A stretch of 64,000 nucleotides of DNA, from assembly GCA_000004695.1 (NCBI GenBank), contig CM000153.2:5280001-5344000 (forward strand), in the 5' to 3' direction. Below are positions 49,411-62,934 of the stretch, in pieces. Position 1 is the stretch's first letter. The number at the start of each line of letters is the position of its first letter. A program made the position numbers and the translations under genes. This stretch comes from Dictyostelium discoideum (lineage: Eukaryota). The notes under the pieces are model-generated. The model was not told the DNA's origin and did not search any database. It was given only the letters and a program-made list of their open reading frames with translations.

Positions 49411-49485
49411 AAAGAAGTGAGATTAATATTTTTCCACAACTTGGAATTCTAAAACCAATACAAATGTGCATTATCTCACTTCTTT
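49411..49485. repeat. Perfect 13-bp inverted repeat (AAAGAAGTGAGAT ... ATCTCACTTCTTT) with a 49-nt spacer, in the NAT/PKS2 intergenic region
   Basis: Exact complementarity of 49411..49423 and 49473..49485. Confidence 0.6.
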
Positions 49486-49946
49486 ATTTTTAAAATTTTT
49501 TTTTTATATTTGCCATACCTTAATAATCTATTATTTTTTTTCATTTTCACAATTTTAATTAATTAAGCTATTTAATTTATCATTCATTTTTAAATTTTAA
49601 TTTTAATTAAACAAAATTTTTTTTTTTATTTTTAAAAATTTATTTTTGTTATTAGTATTTGTTTATAAATGATCTTTTTTTTTTAAAAAAATTAATTTAA
49701 ATCTTTGAATCTGTGTCTATTAATTTATTTTTATTTTTTTTTTTTTTTATAAAAAAAAAAAAATTTGATGTGCAAATCGGGTTAAAAAAAAAAAAAAAAA
49801 AAACAAATGGATTTGTTCTATCTAAATAGGGTTAATAGAAAAAAAATTTAGGTTTTCAAAAAAAAAAAGTTCTGTATTTGTTATTGTGGTAACTTTTTTT
49901 TTATAATTTTTCATTTTTTTTTTTTTTTCCATTCATTTACATTTTT

Positions 49947-50405
49947 AACACCACACCAAAAGTTTAAATATATACAAAGGTTTTTTTGAAATGTGGTGTA
50001 TTGTTGTGAGATTCAATGGTTAAGTGGATATTAAATTTTAATTTTAAAAAATTTTTAATAACCTAATAGTAATCAATAACTCAAATTTTAGAAAAAAAAA
50101 AGAAAAGTAGTATCAATAAAGTGGAAGAAAAAAAAAAAAAATTTTAAACCACCAATTTATAATTTCATATAAAAAATTATTAATGCTTAGTAAAAGAATA
50201 CAAAATTTTTTTGCTTCCCATTGAAACTTTCACTAGATAATCCAGTGATTTTTTTAACATGTAATCTAACACTTTAAAAGAGTAAAAATTATGTAAGCAA
50301 TACTATAAACACGTGATACAATTTATTTATTTATTATTAATAATAAGAAACAAACCACACCAAAATTTTTATTAATATAAGAAAAAACCACACCAAAATT
50401 TTTAA
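49947..50405 (+). promoter_or_regulatory. Three CA-rich elements (ACCACACCAAAA) in the shared upstream region of PKS2 and the NAT-like gene, plus GT-rich counterparts at 49151..49176 and 49993..50019
   Basis: AACACCACACCAAAAG at 49947..49962. AAACCACACCAAAATTTTTA is directly repeated at 50353..50372 and 50386..50405, 150-200 bp upstream of the PKS2 ATG. GGTGTGTCATTGTTCGTGGATTCAGG (49151) and GTGGTGTATTGTTGTGAGATTCAATGG (49993) share a GTGT..ATTGTT.GTG.GATTCA core. Confidence 0.35.
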
Positions 50406-50550
50406 AGATAATATTAAAATATAATTTACTAATTTATATTAATATATTATTATTTTTTAAAAAAAAAAAAAAATAAAAATTGATTTAAAAACAAATTTTA
50501 TATATTTTTGATTTTATATATTTATCAAACCAATAAAACAATTTTTAATA

Positions 50551-53500
50551 ATGGATAATAGTTATTTAAATAATCCCCAATTTGATATTAATAATGGTAA
50601 TAAAGAAGTTACAGATGATGATAATAATAAAAATAATCAAGATAATTTAGTAGCAATTGTTGGTGTTGGTTTTAGATTACCAAGTGGTGAAAATGAAAGA
50701 AATAATACACCTCAAGCATTATGGAATAATTTAATAAATGGTTTCGATGGTGTAGTGAAAACATCGGAAAGATTCAATGATAACTTTTTCAAAAATCATG
50801 AAATAGCAAATAACTATTCAGGACTATTACCATTGGATGAAGTTAAATCATTTGATCCACTCTTTTTTGGTATTACTCCTAATGAAGCACAAACTATAGA
50901 TCCTCATCAAAGATTATTATTAAAATGTACATGGGAAGCATTAGAAGATTCATTAATTGATCCAATATCAATCAAAGGTACTGATACTTCTGTTTTCATT
51001 GGCTCTTCAACAAATGATTATCTTACATTAAATAGAAATGAAGTAAAATCAAATGTGTTTGGTAGTATGGCTCATTCAATTGCAAATAGAGTATCCTATT
51101 GTTATGATCTTCATGGTAATTCAATAACTCTAGATACTGCATGTTCATCATCTTTAAATGCAATCGCATTAGGATATGATTCAATCAAAAATAAAAAATC
51201 AAAAATGTCAATTGTTGGTGGTGTTAATATATTACTTGGTATGTATTATTTTTAAAATTTTTTATTATATTTTATTTTTTACAAAATTATTAATTAAAAT
51301 TATATTATTATTTTTTTTTAAAAGACCCATATCCATATAAGGCATTCTCAATTTTGAATATGTTAAGTAAATCAAATGGTAGATGTAAATCATTTGATGC
51401 ATCAGCTGATGGATTTGTTAGAGGTGAATGTATTGGTGTTGTTATTTTAAAGAATTTAAAAGATGCAATTAAAGATGGTAATAGAATTTATTGTACAATA
51501 AATGGTGCAAGTGCAAATGTTGATGGTATTGGTTATTCTGATAAATCAAATTTCTATTCACCATCATCAATTTCACAATCTGAAAATTTAAAAAATGCAA
51601 TTCAATCAACCAATGGAACTGTTAAACCATCTGATATAGATTATGTTGAAGCACATGGCACTGGTACACCAAATGGTGATCCTGTAGAAACCGAAGGTAT
51701 ATCAAAAGTTTTTAAAGATACTCGTTCAACTGATACTCCATTATTAATTGGATCATTTAAATCAAATATTGGTCATTGTGAAGCTGCTTCTGGTATTGCT
51801 TCATTAATCAAATGTTGTTTAATGTATAAAAATAAATGTTTTGCACCAAATATTCATTTTAAAACACCAAATCCAGCAATTAAATTTAAAGAATGGAATT
51901 TAAAAGTTGTAACTGAACCAATTCCATTTAATGAAAATAAAAATACTTCAATGATTATTAATAACTTTGGTGTTACTGGTTCAAATTGTTGTTTAGTATT
52001 ATCTCAATTTAATAATACAAATAAACAAAAACAACAAATGAAAACAAAAATAAATAATTATTTAATTCCATTTTCAGCAAATTCAGTTGAATCATTAAAA
52101 AAATATCAATCATTAATTATAAATAGTAAAGAAAATGAATTAAAATATAGTTTTGAAGAATTTGTTAAAAACCAAGTATTTATTAAACCAACATCACTTT
52201 ATCAAAGATCTGTAATTGTTGCAAAAGATTGGAATGATTTTAATAATGTTGAAAATCAAGTTAAATATCAAACTTCAAGTAGTACTTCTTCAAATATTAC
52301 AATTACAAATAAAAATAATAATCCAATAACTGTATTTGTATTTTGTGGTCAAGGATCACAATATAATACAATGGCATTAGAATTATATAAAAATGAAAAA
52401 GTATTTAGAAATTCGATGGATATGCTAGATAATAAAATGAAAAATTATTTTGGATATTCAATTTTAGAGAAATTAAGAGCAATTCAAGATAGTGATAAAC
52501 GTTCAGTTCATGAACAAACAATGGCACAACCATCAACTGTAATTATTCAAGTATCATTATATGAACTTTATAAACATTGGGGTATAAAAGCATCATTTAT
52601 GTTGGGTCATAGTCTTGGTGAAGTAACAACTGCTTATTGTTCAGGTATGATTGATATTGACCAATTATGTTATTTAATTTATCATAGATCAACATTACAA
52701 ATAAGAACAAATGGGTTAGGTAAAATGTTATCAATTAACATTAGTTCAGATGAATATAAAACTAACTATATGTCACGTTATCCAACCATTGAAATTGCAT
52801 GTTATAATTCACCATCATCAATTGTAATCGCAGGTAATGAACAAATTTTAAATGAAATTTCAAAAGAATTAAAAGAAAAAGAAATTTTCTCAGCAATGTT
52901 AGGAAGTTTATCAAGTTTTCATACAAGTAGTCAAAATATAATTAAAGATGATATTTTAAATTTAAATATCCAATCAAGTCAACCTGTTATTCCAACATTT
53001 TCAACAGTTACATCAAATTTATTTAATGAATCAACTATTTTTGATTCTGAATATTTCTTTGATAATATTTCAAAACCAGTTTCATTCACTCAAACAATTT
53101 CAAATTTATATAAACATATTGAAGATAATCAAATCGGTTCAAATATTGTATTCATTGAAATTGCACCACATCCAACATTATCATTTTATTTAAAACAAAT
53201 GATTCCAAAACAATCACAATACTTTAGAAATGGTGAATCAATATCAGTTTATTCAACACTTCATAAGAAAAAGAATGATGTTGAAGAATTTCAAAAATCA
53301 ATTTCACAATTATTTTGTGATGATGCTTATGATATTAATTTTAAATGTCAATTTAATAATATAAATAGCAATATTGAGGCTATTAGTAATTTTAATTTAC
53401 CATTATATCAATGGGATGATCAACATTATTGGTTAAATAAATCAATTGAACATAAAAATAATTTAATTGGACCACCAATTTCAATTCTCGGTAATTCAAT

Positions 53501-56500
53501 GCAAGATTCAAATCCATTTATTAAATCATATCAAACAATAATTGATACTGGAAAAGATGCATTCAAATATTTAAAAGGTCATAATGTATCTGATAAATGT
53601 TATTTCCCAGGTGCAGGTTATATTGATAATCTTTTAAAATTATATCCAAATCAAGATTTAACAATTAATTCAATTGAATTTAAAACACCTTTAATATTAT
53701 CAGATGATAATGGTCAATTTTTACAAACAAATGTTTATCAAACTGGTAAAAGTGATTATAGAGCTCAATTTCATTTTAAAGATAATAGAACAAATGTATG
53801 GGTTCAAACATGTACTGCTAATTTTCAATTATATAATAATGGTAAAGTTGATAAATTAAATTTAGAAGAAATTAAATCAACAAAATGTAATTTATCATCA
53901 ATACCATGGGATAAATTTTATCCACATATAAAAAATAGAACTGGTTTAAACTATAAAGACAAATTTCAAAATACAATTGAATGCTATCTTGGTGATAATT
54001 GTTCATTAACTGAAATATCATTAGAATTACCAGAAAACTTTCATGATCAAGAATCATTTTTTAATACACCAATTTTAGATATTTGCTTCCATGGTTCAAT
54101 TGTTTTAATTAAGGATAATTGTAAACTTGTTTTGGATAAAATTGATGGTTTTAAATTATATACATCAAACATTCCAAAAAATAGATTTGATCATTTAAGT
54201 ATTTTTGTATATACAACTATGAAATCAACAAAATCAAATTCATACAATTCAACATACACAGTAATGTTAGAAGATGGTACTGTTATACTTGAAGTTGAAA
54301 ATTTAATATGTACATCATTAACACCAGTTAAAGATCCATTATTAATTGAAATTCCAACTGATATGTATTATACTCCATATCTTCAATCAAAAGATTCACA
54401 AATTCAATCACCATTAGAATTTAAATCAATTTATCAAAACAATCAAGATAATGATAGCTTATTAATTCCAAATGTTGTTTTAGAAACAATTAAACCATTA
54501 ATTAATGAGCAAATGGAATTTAGAATTTTAGAATTTGGTGGTAATAATTTATCAAATTCAACTTTATTATTGAATTCAATCAATTCATTACTTGAAGAAA
54601 ATCCACATTATGAAATTGATATTGAATATACATGGAGTGATAATAATTCATCAATTTTAAAAGATGCTAAATTAGAATTATCAAAAGTAGATAAAGGTTA
54701 TTTAAGTATTCTTTATCGTTCATTAGGTTTAGATGTTGATAATTCATTATTAGAAAAACAAAAATTAAATCCATCATATTATGATTTAATTATTGTTTCA
54801 AATATTTCAAATTTAACAAAAGATATTAAATATTCATTAAATCAAATTTATCAAATTTTAACACCAAATGGTAATTTAATAATAAATGAACAACAACCAA
54901 ACAATGAAAATAATGAAAATAATGAAGATTCATTGAAAAACTTATTGGTTAATTGTAATTTCAATTCTGATATAATGATGAAATCTTCAAGTGTATCTGA
55001 TAGTGATATTAAATCAATTATTATTCAAGCTCAAAAACCATCATTAAAATTACAACCAAAAACAATAAACACTTTTGATCAAGTCATTTTATATTGTAAT
55101 CAAGATGAACAATTCCAACAACAACAACAATTAATTAATAAATTTGAAAGTCATTATAATAATAATTGTAAAATAATAAAAGTATCAACAATTGAAGAAT
55201 TTTATAAATTATCAACAACAATTACAAATAATTCAATCATTTATTTTATAAAATCAATTGAACAATTAACATTGGAAAACTTTAAATCAATAACATTTGA
55301 ATATGTTCAAATTAATCAAAAATTATATGAATTTAAATCAAAATGTACTCACGTTTTAATTACATATGATTCTCAATCAAGTAATTATTTATCATCATCA
55401 ATTTTAGGTGCAGCAAGATACTTTGATGAAATTCCAACTTTACAATTATTTACATTTGATTTTGATAAAGATTCATTAATTAATTTAGACATTTCGGTTA
55501 TAGATCATTTGATAGATCCAAAACAAAATACATTGATTGAATTCTTTATTAAAAAAAATGGTAAAGTTTATTTTGAAAGATTTAAAAAAGGTTTAAAGAA
55601 AAATTCTTTTAAATCAGAATCATATCATCAAATTACAAATGAACAAGAAATTTTAATTTCAAAATTAGATGAAAATTTAGATTATCAATTAAAATCAAAA
55701 GATTCAATTTTAAAACCATATGATATTGAAGTAGAAATTAAAGCAACTGGTTTAAATTATAAAGATTATTTAGTATATAGTGGTTTAATAAAATTAAAAG
55801 GTGATAGTGTTGATTTTGGTCTTGATTTTTCTGGTAGAGTTAGTCGTGTTGGAATTAAATCATCAAAAGAATTTAAAGTTGGTGATGAAGTTTATGGTAT
55901 TGGACAATCAACATCATCATCTCATATTATTATTGATTCAATGCATGCATGTCATAAACCATCAAAGATTACACATGTTCAAGCAGCTTCAATTCCAGCA
56001 GTTTATGCAACTTCAATTCATTCTTTATATAATATTGGTAATTTAAGAGAAGGAGAATCAATTTTAATTCATTCAGGATCTGGTGGTGTTGGATTATCAG
56101 CATTGGAAATATTAAAATCAAATAATCATTCATCTCCAATATTTGTTACAGTTGGATCAGAAGAAAAGAAACAATATCTAATTAATACCTATGGTAATTT
56201 AATCACTGGAATTTATTCAACAAGAGATACAAATTATCAAAAACAAATTAAAAACAAATTAATTGAATTAGGTTATGAAACTCATGGTGTTGATTTAATT
56301 ATTAATACTTTATCAAGTGAATTTATGGATAGCAATTTCAAATGTTTAAATCCAGAAGGTAGAATTGTAGATTTAACAATTACTCATTTAAATCCAAATG
56401 AATTTATTGATAATAATAAATTTAAATATAATTTTGGTTATCATAATATTGAATTATATTATTGTGAAAAGCCAACAATTAAGAAACTATTACAGTCAAT

Positions 56501-57779
56501 TTCAAAATCAATTGAAAATAATACATTAAATTATTTAATTCCAATTACAGAATTTTCAAATTCAAATATTAAAAAAGCAATTGAATACATTAATGAACGT
56601 AAACATGTTGGAAAAATTGTAATTTCTCATGATACAGATATTACTAATAAATTAATTGAAAATCAACCTAAAATTGATTACTCTTTATTGAAATCAAATT
56701 ATAAAATTAAAAATCTTGGTAAAAATGTATTGGTTACAGGTCAAACTGGTCTAATTTTAGATATTATAAATTGGATTATGAAATATAATTCAACTGTTGA
56801 AAATATAATTATTCTTTCAAAATCATCAATGAAATGGGAAATGGAATTTTTAATTAACAACAATAAGACAAAAATTAAATTCTATTATAAAAGATGTGAT
56901 ATTGGTGGTGATTCAGATTCAATTAATAAAACATTTGATAAATTGTTTACAGAAAATCCAACAATTACAAACATTGATTCAATATTCCATTTTGCAGTTG
57001 TACAAATTACAAGAAAAGTAAAAGATATTGATATGAAATCATTAAATATTTCACATGATGCAAAAACAATTGGTGCAATTAATTTACATAATCAATCAAT
57101 TAAAAGAGATTGGAAATTAAGTAATTTCATATTAGCATCTTCAATTCTTTCAAAAGTTGGTTCATTAGATCAATGTGGATATGTTTCAGCATGTTGTGTA
57201 CTTGACTCATTTTCAAAATATCGTTTATCTATTGGATTACCTGCATTATCAATTAATATTGGTGCTATGGGTGGAAGTGGAATGGTTGCAAGAAGTGAAC
57301 TTGTTGAAACTGTACTTAATGGTCAAGGTTATAATTTAACCTCAACAAACCAACTATTAGGTACAATTGATTTATTAATTCAAAATCCTGGTCAAGAATC
57401 AAATAATTTAATGGTTGGTAATTTTAATTTCCCAGTTTTTAATAATTTCAAACAAAAGATTCATCAAAAATTTGATTTTATTTTTAATGCTCTTGATTCA
57501 AACTCTGAAAATGGTGATGGTAGTAATATCAAAAATTCAACAAATATTAAAGATAAATTTTTAAACAAAGTATCAGAATTTCTTTCAATTGATTCATCTA
57601 AAATTAATAATGATATTAAATTAATGAATTATGGTGCTGATTCATTAATTACTGTTCAATTAAAGAATTGGGTTGATAAAGAATGGTCTCCAAATTTAAT
57701 TACAATTCATCAAATTCAATCAAATTCAATTGGTATGGTTTGTCAAATTATAAATGATAATTTTGAAAAAAAAAAATAA
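50551..57779 (+). CDS. Iterative type I polyketide synthase (KS-AT-DH-cMT-ER-KR-ACP), a paralog of PKS1 in inverted orientation. Exons join(50551..51238,51325..57779).
   Basis: Same domain motifs as PKS1 ([83 protein letters not shown]). The phase-1 intron (ctt g|gtatgt ... aaaag) splits GGVNILL | [24 protein letters not shown]. The stop comes right after the ACP (...[11 protein letters not shown]). Confidence 0.9.
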
Positions 57780-57931
57780 ATTAAATAATCAAAATATCTA
57801 CCTTGTTTTTCAATCCCCTCTCTCTAATTTATCTTTCTTAAATTATTAAATAAAAAAAATAAAATAAAATAAGTTTAAAAAATGTTATTAAAACAAACAT
57901 CAATTATTGATTTATTTTTTGTTTTTTTAAT

Positions 57932-57967
<36 letters not shown>

Positions 57968-58337
57968 CTCACTGAGAAAATTATCAAACGTTATCAAATA
58001 AATAAGTTGATTTGATAATAACGTTTCTTTAAAGAAAAAATAATAAAAAAAAAAAAATCAATTATTATCAAATTATTAAGTTAATAAAAAGAAACGTTAG
58101 GTAACAAAATCATTCCCAAAGATATTTCAGATTTTTTTAATTCAACGAATTACAAATTTTTATTTTTTTAAATTTTTTTTTTCAATAAAAAAAAGAAAAA
58201 TCATCAAACAAAAAAACAAGATATTTTCCATGGTTTTTTTTTATTTTTTTTTTTTTTGCTTTTATATAAATAACGTTTATTTTTTTTTATTTTTTTTTAT
58301 TATTTTTTTATTTAAACTAAATAGTATAATAAAAAAA

Positions 58338-58401
58338 ATGGAACAAGAAAATAATAATAACAAAGACATAAAAACAATTGATAGTATCAATATCAATAAT
58401 G

Positions 58402-58472
<71 letters not shown>

Positions 58473-59834
58473 TTTGGTAGAAGGAACAGAAATAATAGAC
58501 CAAATGGTCAAAACCGTAGAGACTATGACGATAGAAGAAAGATTATATCTGAAAAACCAGAAAATCAACCAAGAAGTAATAATTATCATGGTAAAGGTAG
58601 AAGATACAATGATAGAAATAATTTAAATGTAGCTTCGTTGAATCAAAATGAATCCGTGGCAACTTCCAATACAACAACAACAACACCAACAACAACAACA
58701 CCAACAACAACACCAACAAACATAAATTCGAGTATAGAGAAAATTGAAAAAACTACATTATCAATAAAAGGATGGGGAGATAGATTACCAAAAATTGGAA
58801 AAACAATAACTTTTTTAAATTTTGAAAATTTAAGTATTCCAATTCCACAAGGTTATATACCAAATACAGTTACAAAAATTAAATTTGGTAGAATGTATAA
58901 TTGTGAATTATCGGTTGGTTCAATTCCAAATAGTGTTACCGATATACATTGGGGCAAAGGTGCAATTCCATTAGGAGGTGTGATACCAAATTCAGTTATA
59001 AATCTATCATTTAGTGATCAATTCTATCAAGATATAATACCAGGTAGTATTCCAAACTCTGTTAAATCAATTACCTTTGAAAATAGAATTGGTATTACTA
59101 AATTTGAAAGAGCCTATCATGGAAACCAAGTTAATAATGAAATCTCACCAAATGTTACACCAGTTTTACAAATTGGATCAATTCCATCATCAGTAACAAG
59201 TATTGAATTTGGTAGTTATAATTTTATTCCAAGTCCAGGTTTACTTCCAGATAGTATTAAATTATTGAAATTTGGTAAAGATTATACCCAAAAACTTTCA
59301 ATTGGATCAATACCAAACTCTGTAACAGATTTAGAACTTTCAAATAACAAATTCACATCAGAAATGATACCACCATCAGTAATAAATCTTTCATTTTATG
59401 AATGTTTTGGTGATTATGTTAATGTTGGCTCAATTCCAAATACAGTTAAATCAATTTCATTTGGTGCAAATTATAATAAACCAATCATTCAAGGAATGAT
59501 TCCACAATCAGTTGAAACAATAATATTTGGTAGAAATTTCAATAATACAATTTCACAAGATTCATTACCAAAAAATCTTAAAACATTAATATTTGGTAAT
59601 AGTCATAATCAAGTTTTTCAACCCAATGTATTACCACCATCATTAACAACTTTAGAATTTGGTGAAAGTCAAAGATTTAAAATTGATGAAAAATCATTAC
59701 CATCATTAAAAAACTTTAAATATAATAATAAAATATATGCTCAAGAAATTCCAAATCCGCCACCACTCCCAGAAGGTTCAGGTTATTTTTATTTGCAATT
59801 TAAACATTATAATGATAGAGGTTATAAAGATTAA
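58338..59834 (+). CDS. FNIP-repeat protein with N-terminal polyAsn and a basic, RNA-binding-like region
   Basis: ATG at 58338. An (aat)n polyN tract, then GRRNRNNRPNGQNRRDYDDRRK, then >10 FNIP-type repeats (IPNSVTDIHWG, IPNSVKSITFENRIG, IPSSVTSIEFGSYNF, LPDSIKLLKFGKDYTQ, ...). Confidence 0.6.
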
Positions 59835-59862
59835 AATAAAAAAAATAAAAAGTATATGGATT

Positions 59863-59899
<37 letters not shown>

Positions 59900-59910
59900 T
59901 ATTTTTATTA

Positions 59911-60579
59911 TTAATTTGTTAAATAAATTGGATTTAAAATTTTTGAATCTGATAAAGATAAATTTAATTTAATTACTTGACAATTATTTAATGGTAAATC
60001 ATGAGGTTGAGTAAAATAATAAAAGAAATCTGCATGACCAACTATAGCAATACTTGATTCAGGTCTAGTTAATAAGAATTGTTTAAATTGTTCAACACGT
60101 TTTAAAAGTGATGATTCAGATTCTCTAAATGGAATTTTCTTAAAGTATTGATCTGTATCAATTGAAAAATTTGTTTTTAATTCAATTAATTCTTCCATTT
60201 CTGGTATCCACCATCTTTGATCGTTAATTAATGAAAAATCAAATTCTGGATATTCATTCTCAATAATTGATTTAACTCTACCATTATCATCACTTGTTGT
60301 TAATAATTCTCTATGAATTGATGATACTAAACATTTGATTGATTTATCTTTAATTAATTGTAATAATGCAATTTTAGTTGTATCTAATGCTCTTGTTAAT
60401 GGTGATGTAATCACTAATTCAATATTATTTAATAAACTATTAACATTTTCTGATAATTGATTTGCTTGTTCCTTTCCAAGTTCTGTTAATCTTGCATCAA
60501 ATAAATATGGATCTTCAAATTCATTATAATTTTTATTAAATGTTGATTCACCATGTCTAATAATATATATTTCTTTCAT
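59911..60579 (-). CDS. Histidine phosphatase superfamily (phosphoglycerate-mutase-like) protein
   Basis: N-terminal catalytic RHG motif (MKEIYIIRHGESTFN). Second His region IAIVGHADFFYY. 222 aa, single exon. Confidence 0.7.
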   Translation of the reverse strand: MKEIYIIRHGESTFNKNYNEFEDPYLFDARLTELGKEQANQLSENVNSLLNNIELVITSPLTRALDTTKIALLQLIKDKSIKCLVSSIHRELLTTSDDNGRVKSIIENEYPEFDFSLINDQRWWIPEMEELIELKTNFSIDTDQYFKKIPFRESESSLLKRVEQFKQFLLTRPESSIAIVGHADFFYYFTQPHDLPLNNCQVIKLNLSLSDSKILNPIYLTN

Positions 60580-61430
60580 TTTTTTATTATTTTTTTTTTT
60601 ATTTAATTAATATCATAATTAAATTTTTTTTTTTTTTTTTTTTTTTTTTTCAAAAAAAAAATATTATTTGTTTTTTCTCTATTTCCCTTTTTTTTTTTTT
60701 CTCTTTTTTTTTATTTTTTCTCTATTTCTCTCTTTTTTTTTACTCTTTTTTTTAAATTTTTTTTTTTTTTTTTTCAATTATTCAAGTTCTTAAAATAAAA
60801 ATAAAAAAAAAATAAAAAATAAAAAAAAAAAAATTGAAAATACGAAAATTAAAAATAAACACCGTCTTTTTTCAAGTTTTTATAAAAATCAAGATATTTT
60901 TTTTTTTTTTTATAAAAAACATTAATTATTAATAAAAACATTCAAATAAGAAAAAAAATAAAATAATAATAATAATCAAAAATATAATGATCATTTATTT
61001 TATATTTTATCTTTTTGTGTATTTTGAGTGCTCTATTTTTGTATACTAAATTAATATTAAAAAAAATAAAAAAATAAAAAATAAAAAATAAAAAATAATA
61101 GAGTGATTACATTGATTTTTTTTATAATTTATATCATTTTGTGTATTTTTGAGTACTCTATTTATCTATACTGAATTTATATTAAAAATAATTAAAAATA
61201 AATCATTTATTTATAAAAAAAAAAAAAAAAAAAAAAAATAATGAAAAGTAAAATGAAAAAAACAAAGGGGTTTGTGTTGTGAAAATATATTTTTTTTTTT
61301 ATTTTTTTATTTTTTTATTTTTTTATTTTTTTTTTTTTTTTTTTATTATCCAAGAGGCTTTCAATATTTTTTTTTTTTTCATTTTTTTTTTTTTTCAAAA
61401 CCAACAACAAAAAAAGATAGGATGTAATAA

Positions 61431-61790
61431 TGGGAAAAAATATTATAATTTTATTTATATTATTATATATATTTTCAATTATTAGACATAGCCACCAACA
61501 ATATACAAATAATGAAATCGATTTATATGTAAATAAAAATGGAAATGATACAAGTGGAGATGGTACAATAAATTCACCATTTTTCAGTATATGTAAAATA
61601 ATAAATGTAATAAATCAAACAATATCCTCTTCTTCTTTTTCTTCTTTTTCTTCTTCTTCTTCTTCTTCATCATCATCATCATCATACCAATCGATAATTG
61701 TTAATATTGGTATTGGTAATTATTCATGCTTGGGATGCCCAATTTATCAATTAAATAATTTTAATGAAATTATATTTCAACAATATTATT

Positions 61791-61861
<71 letters not shown>

Positions 61862-62876
61862 GAAGTTATAATTTTAGATTTAAATTTAATAGTATTAAAT
61901 TCAAAAATTATAATTAACGGTATTCAATTTTTATATGAAAATAATAAAGAAGAAAAGATTAATTTTTTAATTAAAGATGAATCAGAATTTATAATGAATA
62001 ATTCAAATATTTTTATAAAATCACATTATTTATCGTTTTATTTTCAAAATAATTCAAAATTAATTATTTTTAATGAATCAAAATTTCAACAAAGTGAATC
62101 TCTTCAAAGTGATTTATATTTTGAAAGTTCAATAATAATAGTTAATAATTCAATATTAGATAATCATTTATTTTTATTTAGTAATGATCAATATATTAAA
62201 ACAATTCAATTTTTAATTAGTGATTCAACATTTTATAATTCACATATTTATATAACTGGTAATTCAAAAGTTAATTTTTTAAATTCAAATTTTAGTGGTA
62301 CAATTGATTTATCATTATTTGGTTATAATTCAATTAATAATTATAATAATAATAATAATAAAGATTCAAATAATAATAATGAATTTAATATAATTAATTG
62401 TAATTTAAAATTTAAAAGAATTATTGGAAATATTGATGGTAAAAATATATTTCAAATTGGAGGTGGTATAATTTTTAAAATTATAAATTCATTTTTAGAA
62501 ATTGAAAAAGAAGAACAATTTATTGATCAAGCGATAATTGGAAATGAAAATTCAATGATTATATTAGATAATGTTGGATTTAGTGGATTCAATGTTTATG
62601 GATCATTTTTAATATTAAATCAAAGTAAATTAATAATGAATCAAATATCAGGTATTGATATTAAAGCCAAATCATTCATTAGAGTTTATTCAAATAGTGT
62701 TTTAGAATTAAATTCAATACATTTATTAAATTTTCAAGATTTTGAATTTATAGGTGAAGGAATTGAAAAGAATTTTGCATTAATTGATATTAGATCATCA
62801 TGTAATCTAACCATTTCAAATGTTAATTTTCATTTTAATGGTTTTCCAATTTTAATGAATAATGGTGGTGGTGAAT

Positions 62877-62934
<58 letters not shown>

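Noticed and set aside
58317-58626. ORFs 58317..58589 (-) and 58378..58626 (+) polyIle
   Set aside because: Frame artefacts of the (aat)n polyAsn tract at the N-terminus of the FNIP gene.
61279-61485. ORF 61279..61485 (+) polyPhe
   Set aside because: T-rich promoter/5' UTR. It overlaps the real start (61431) of the downstream partial gene in a different frame.
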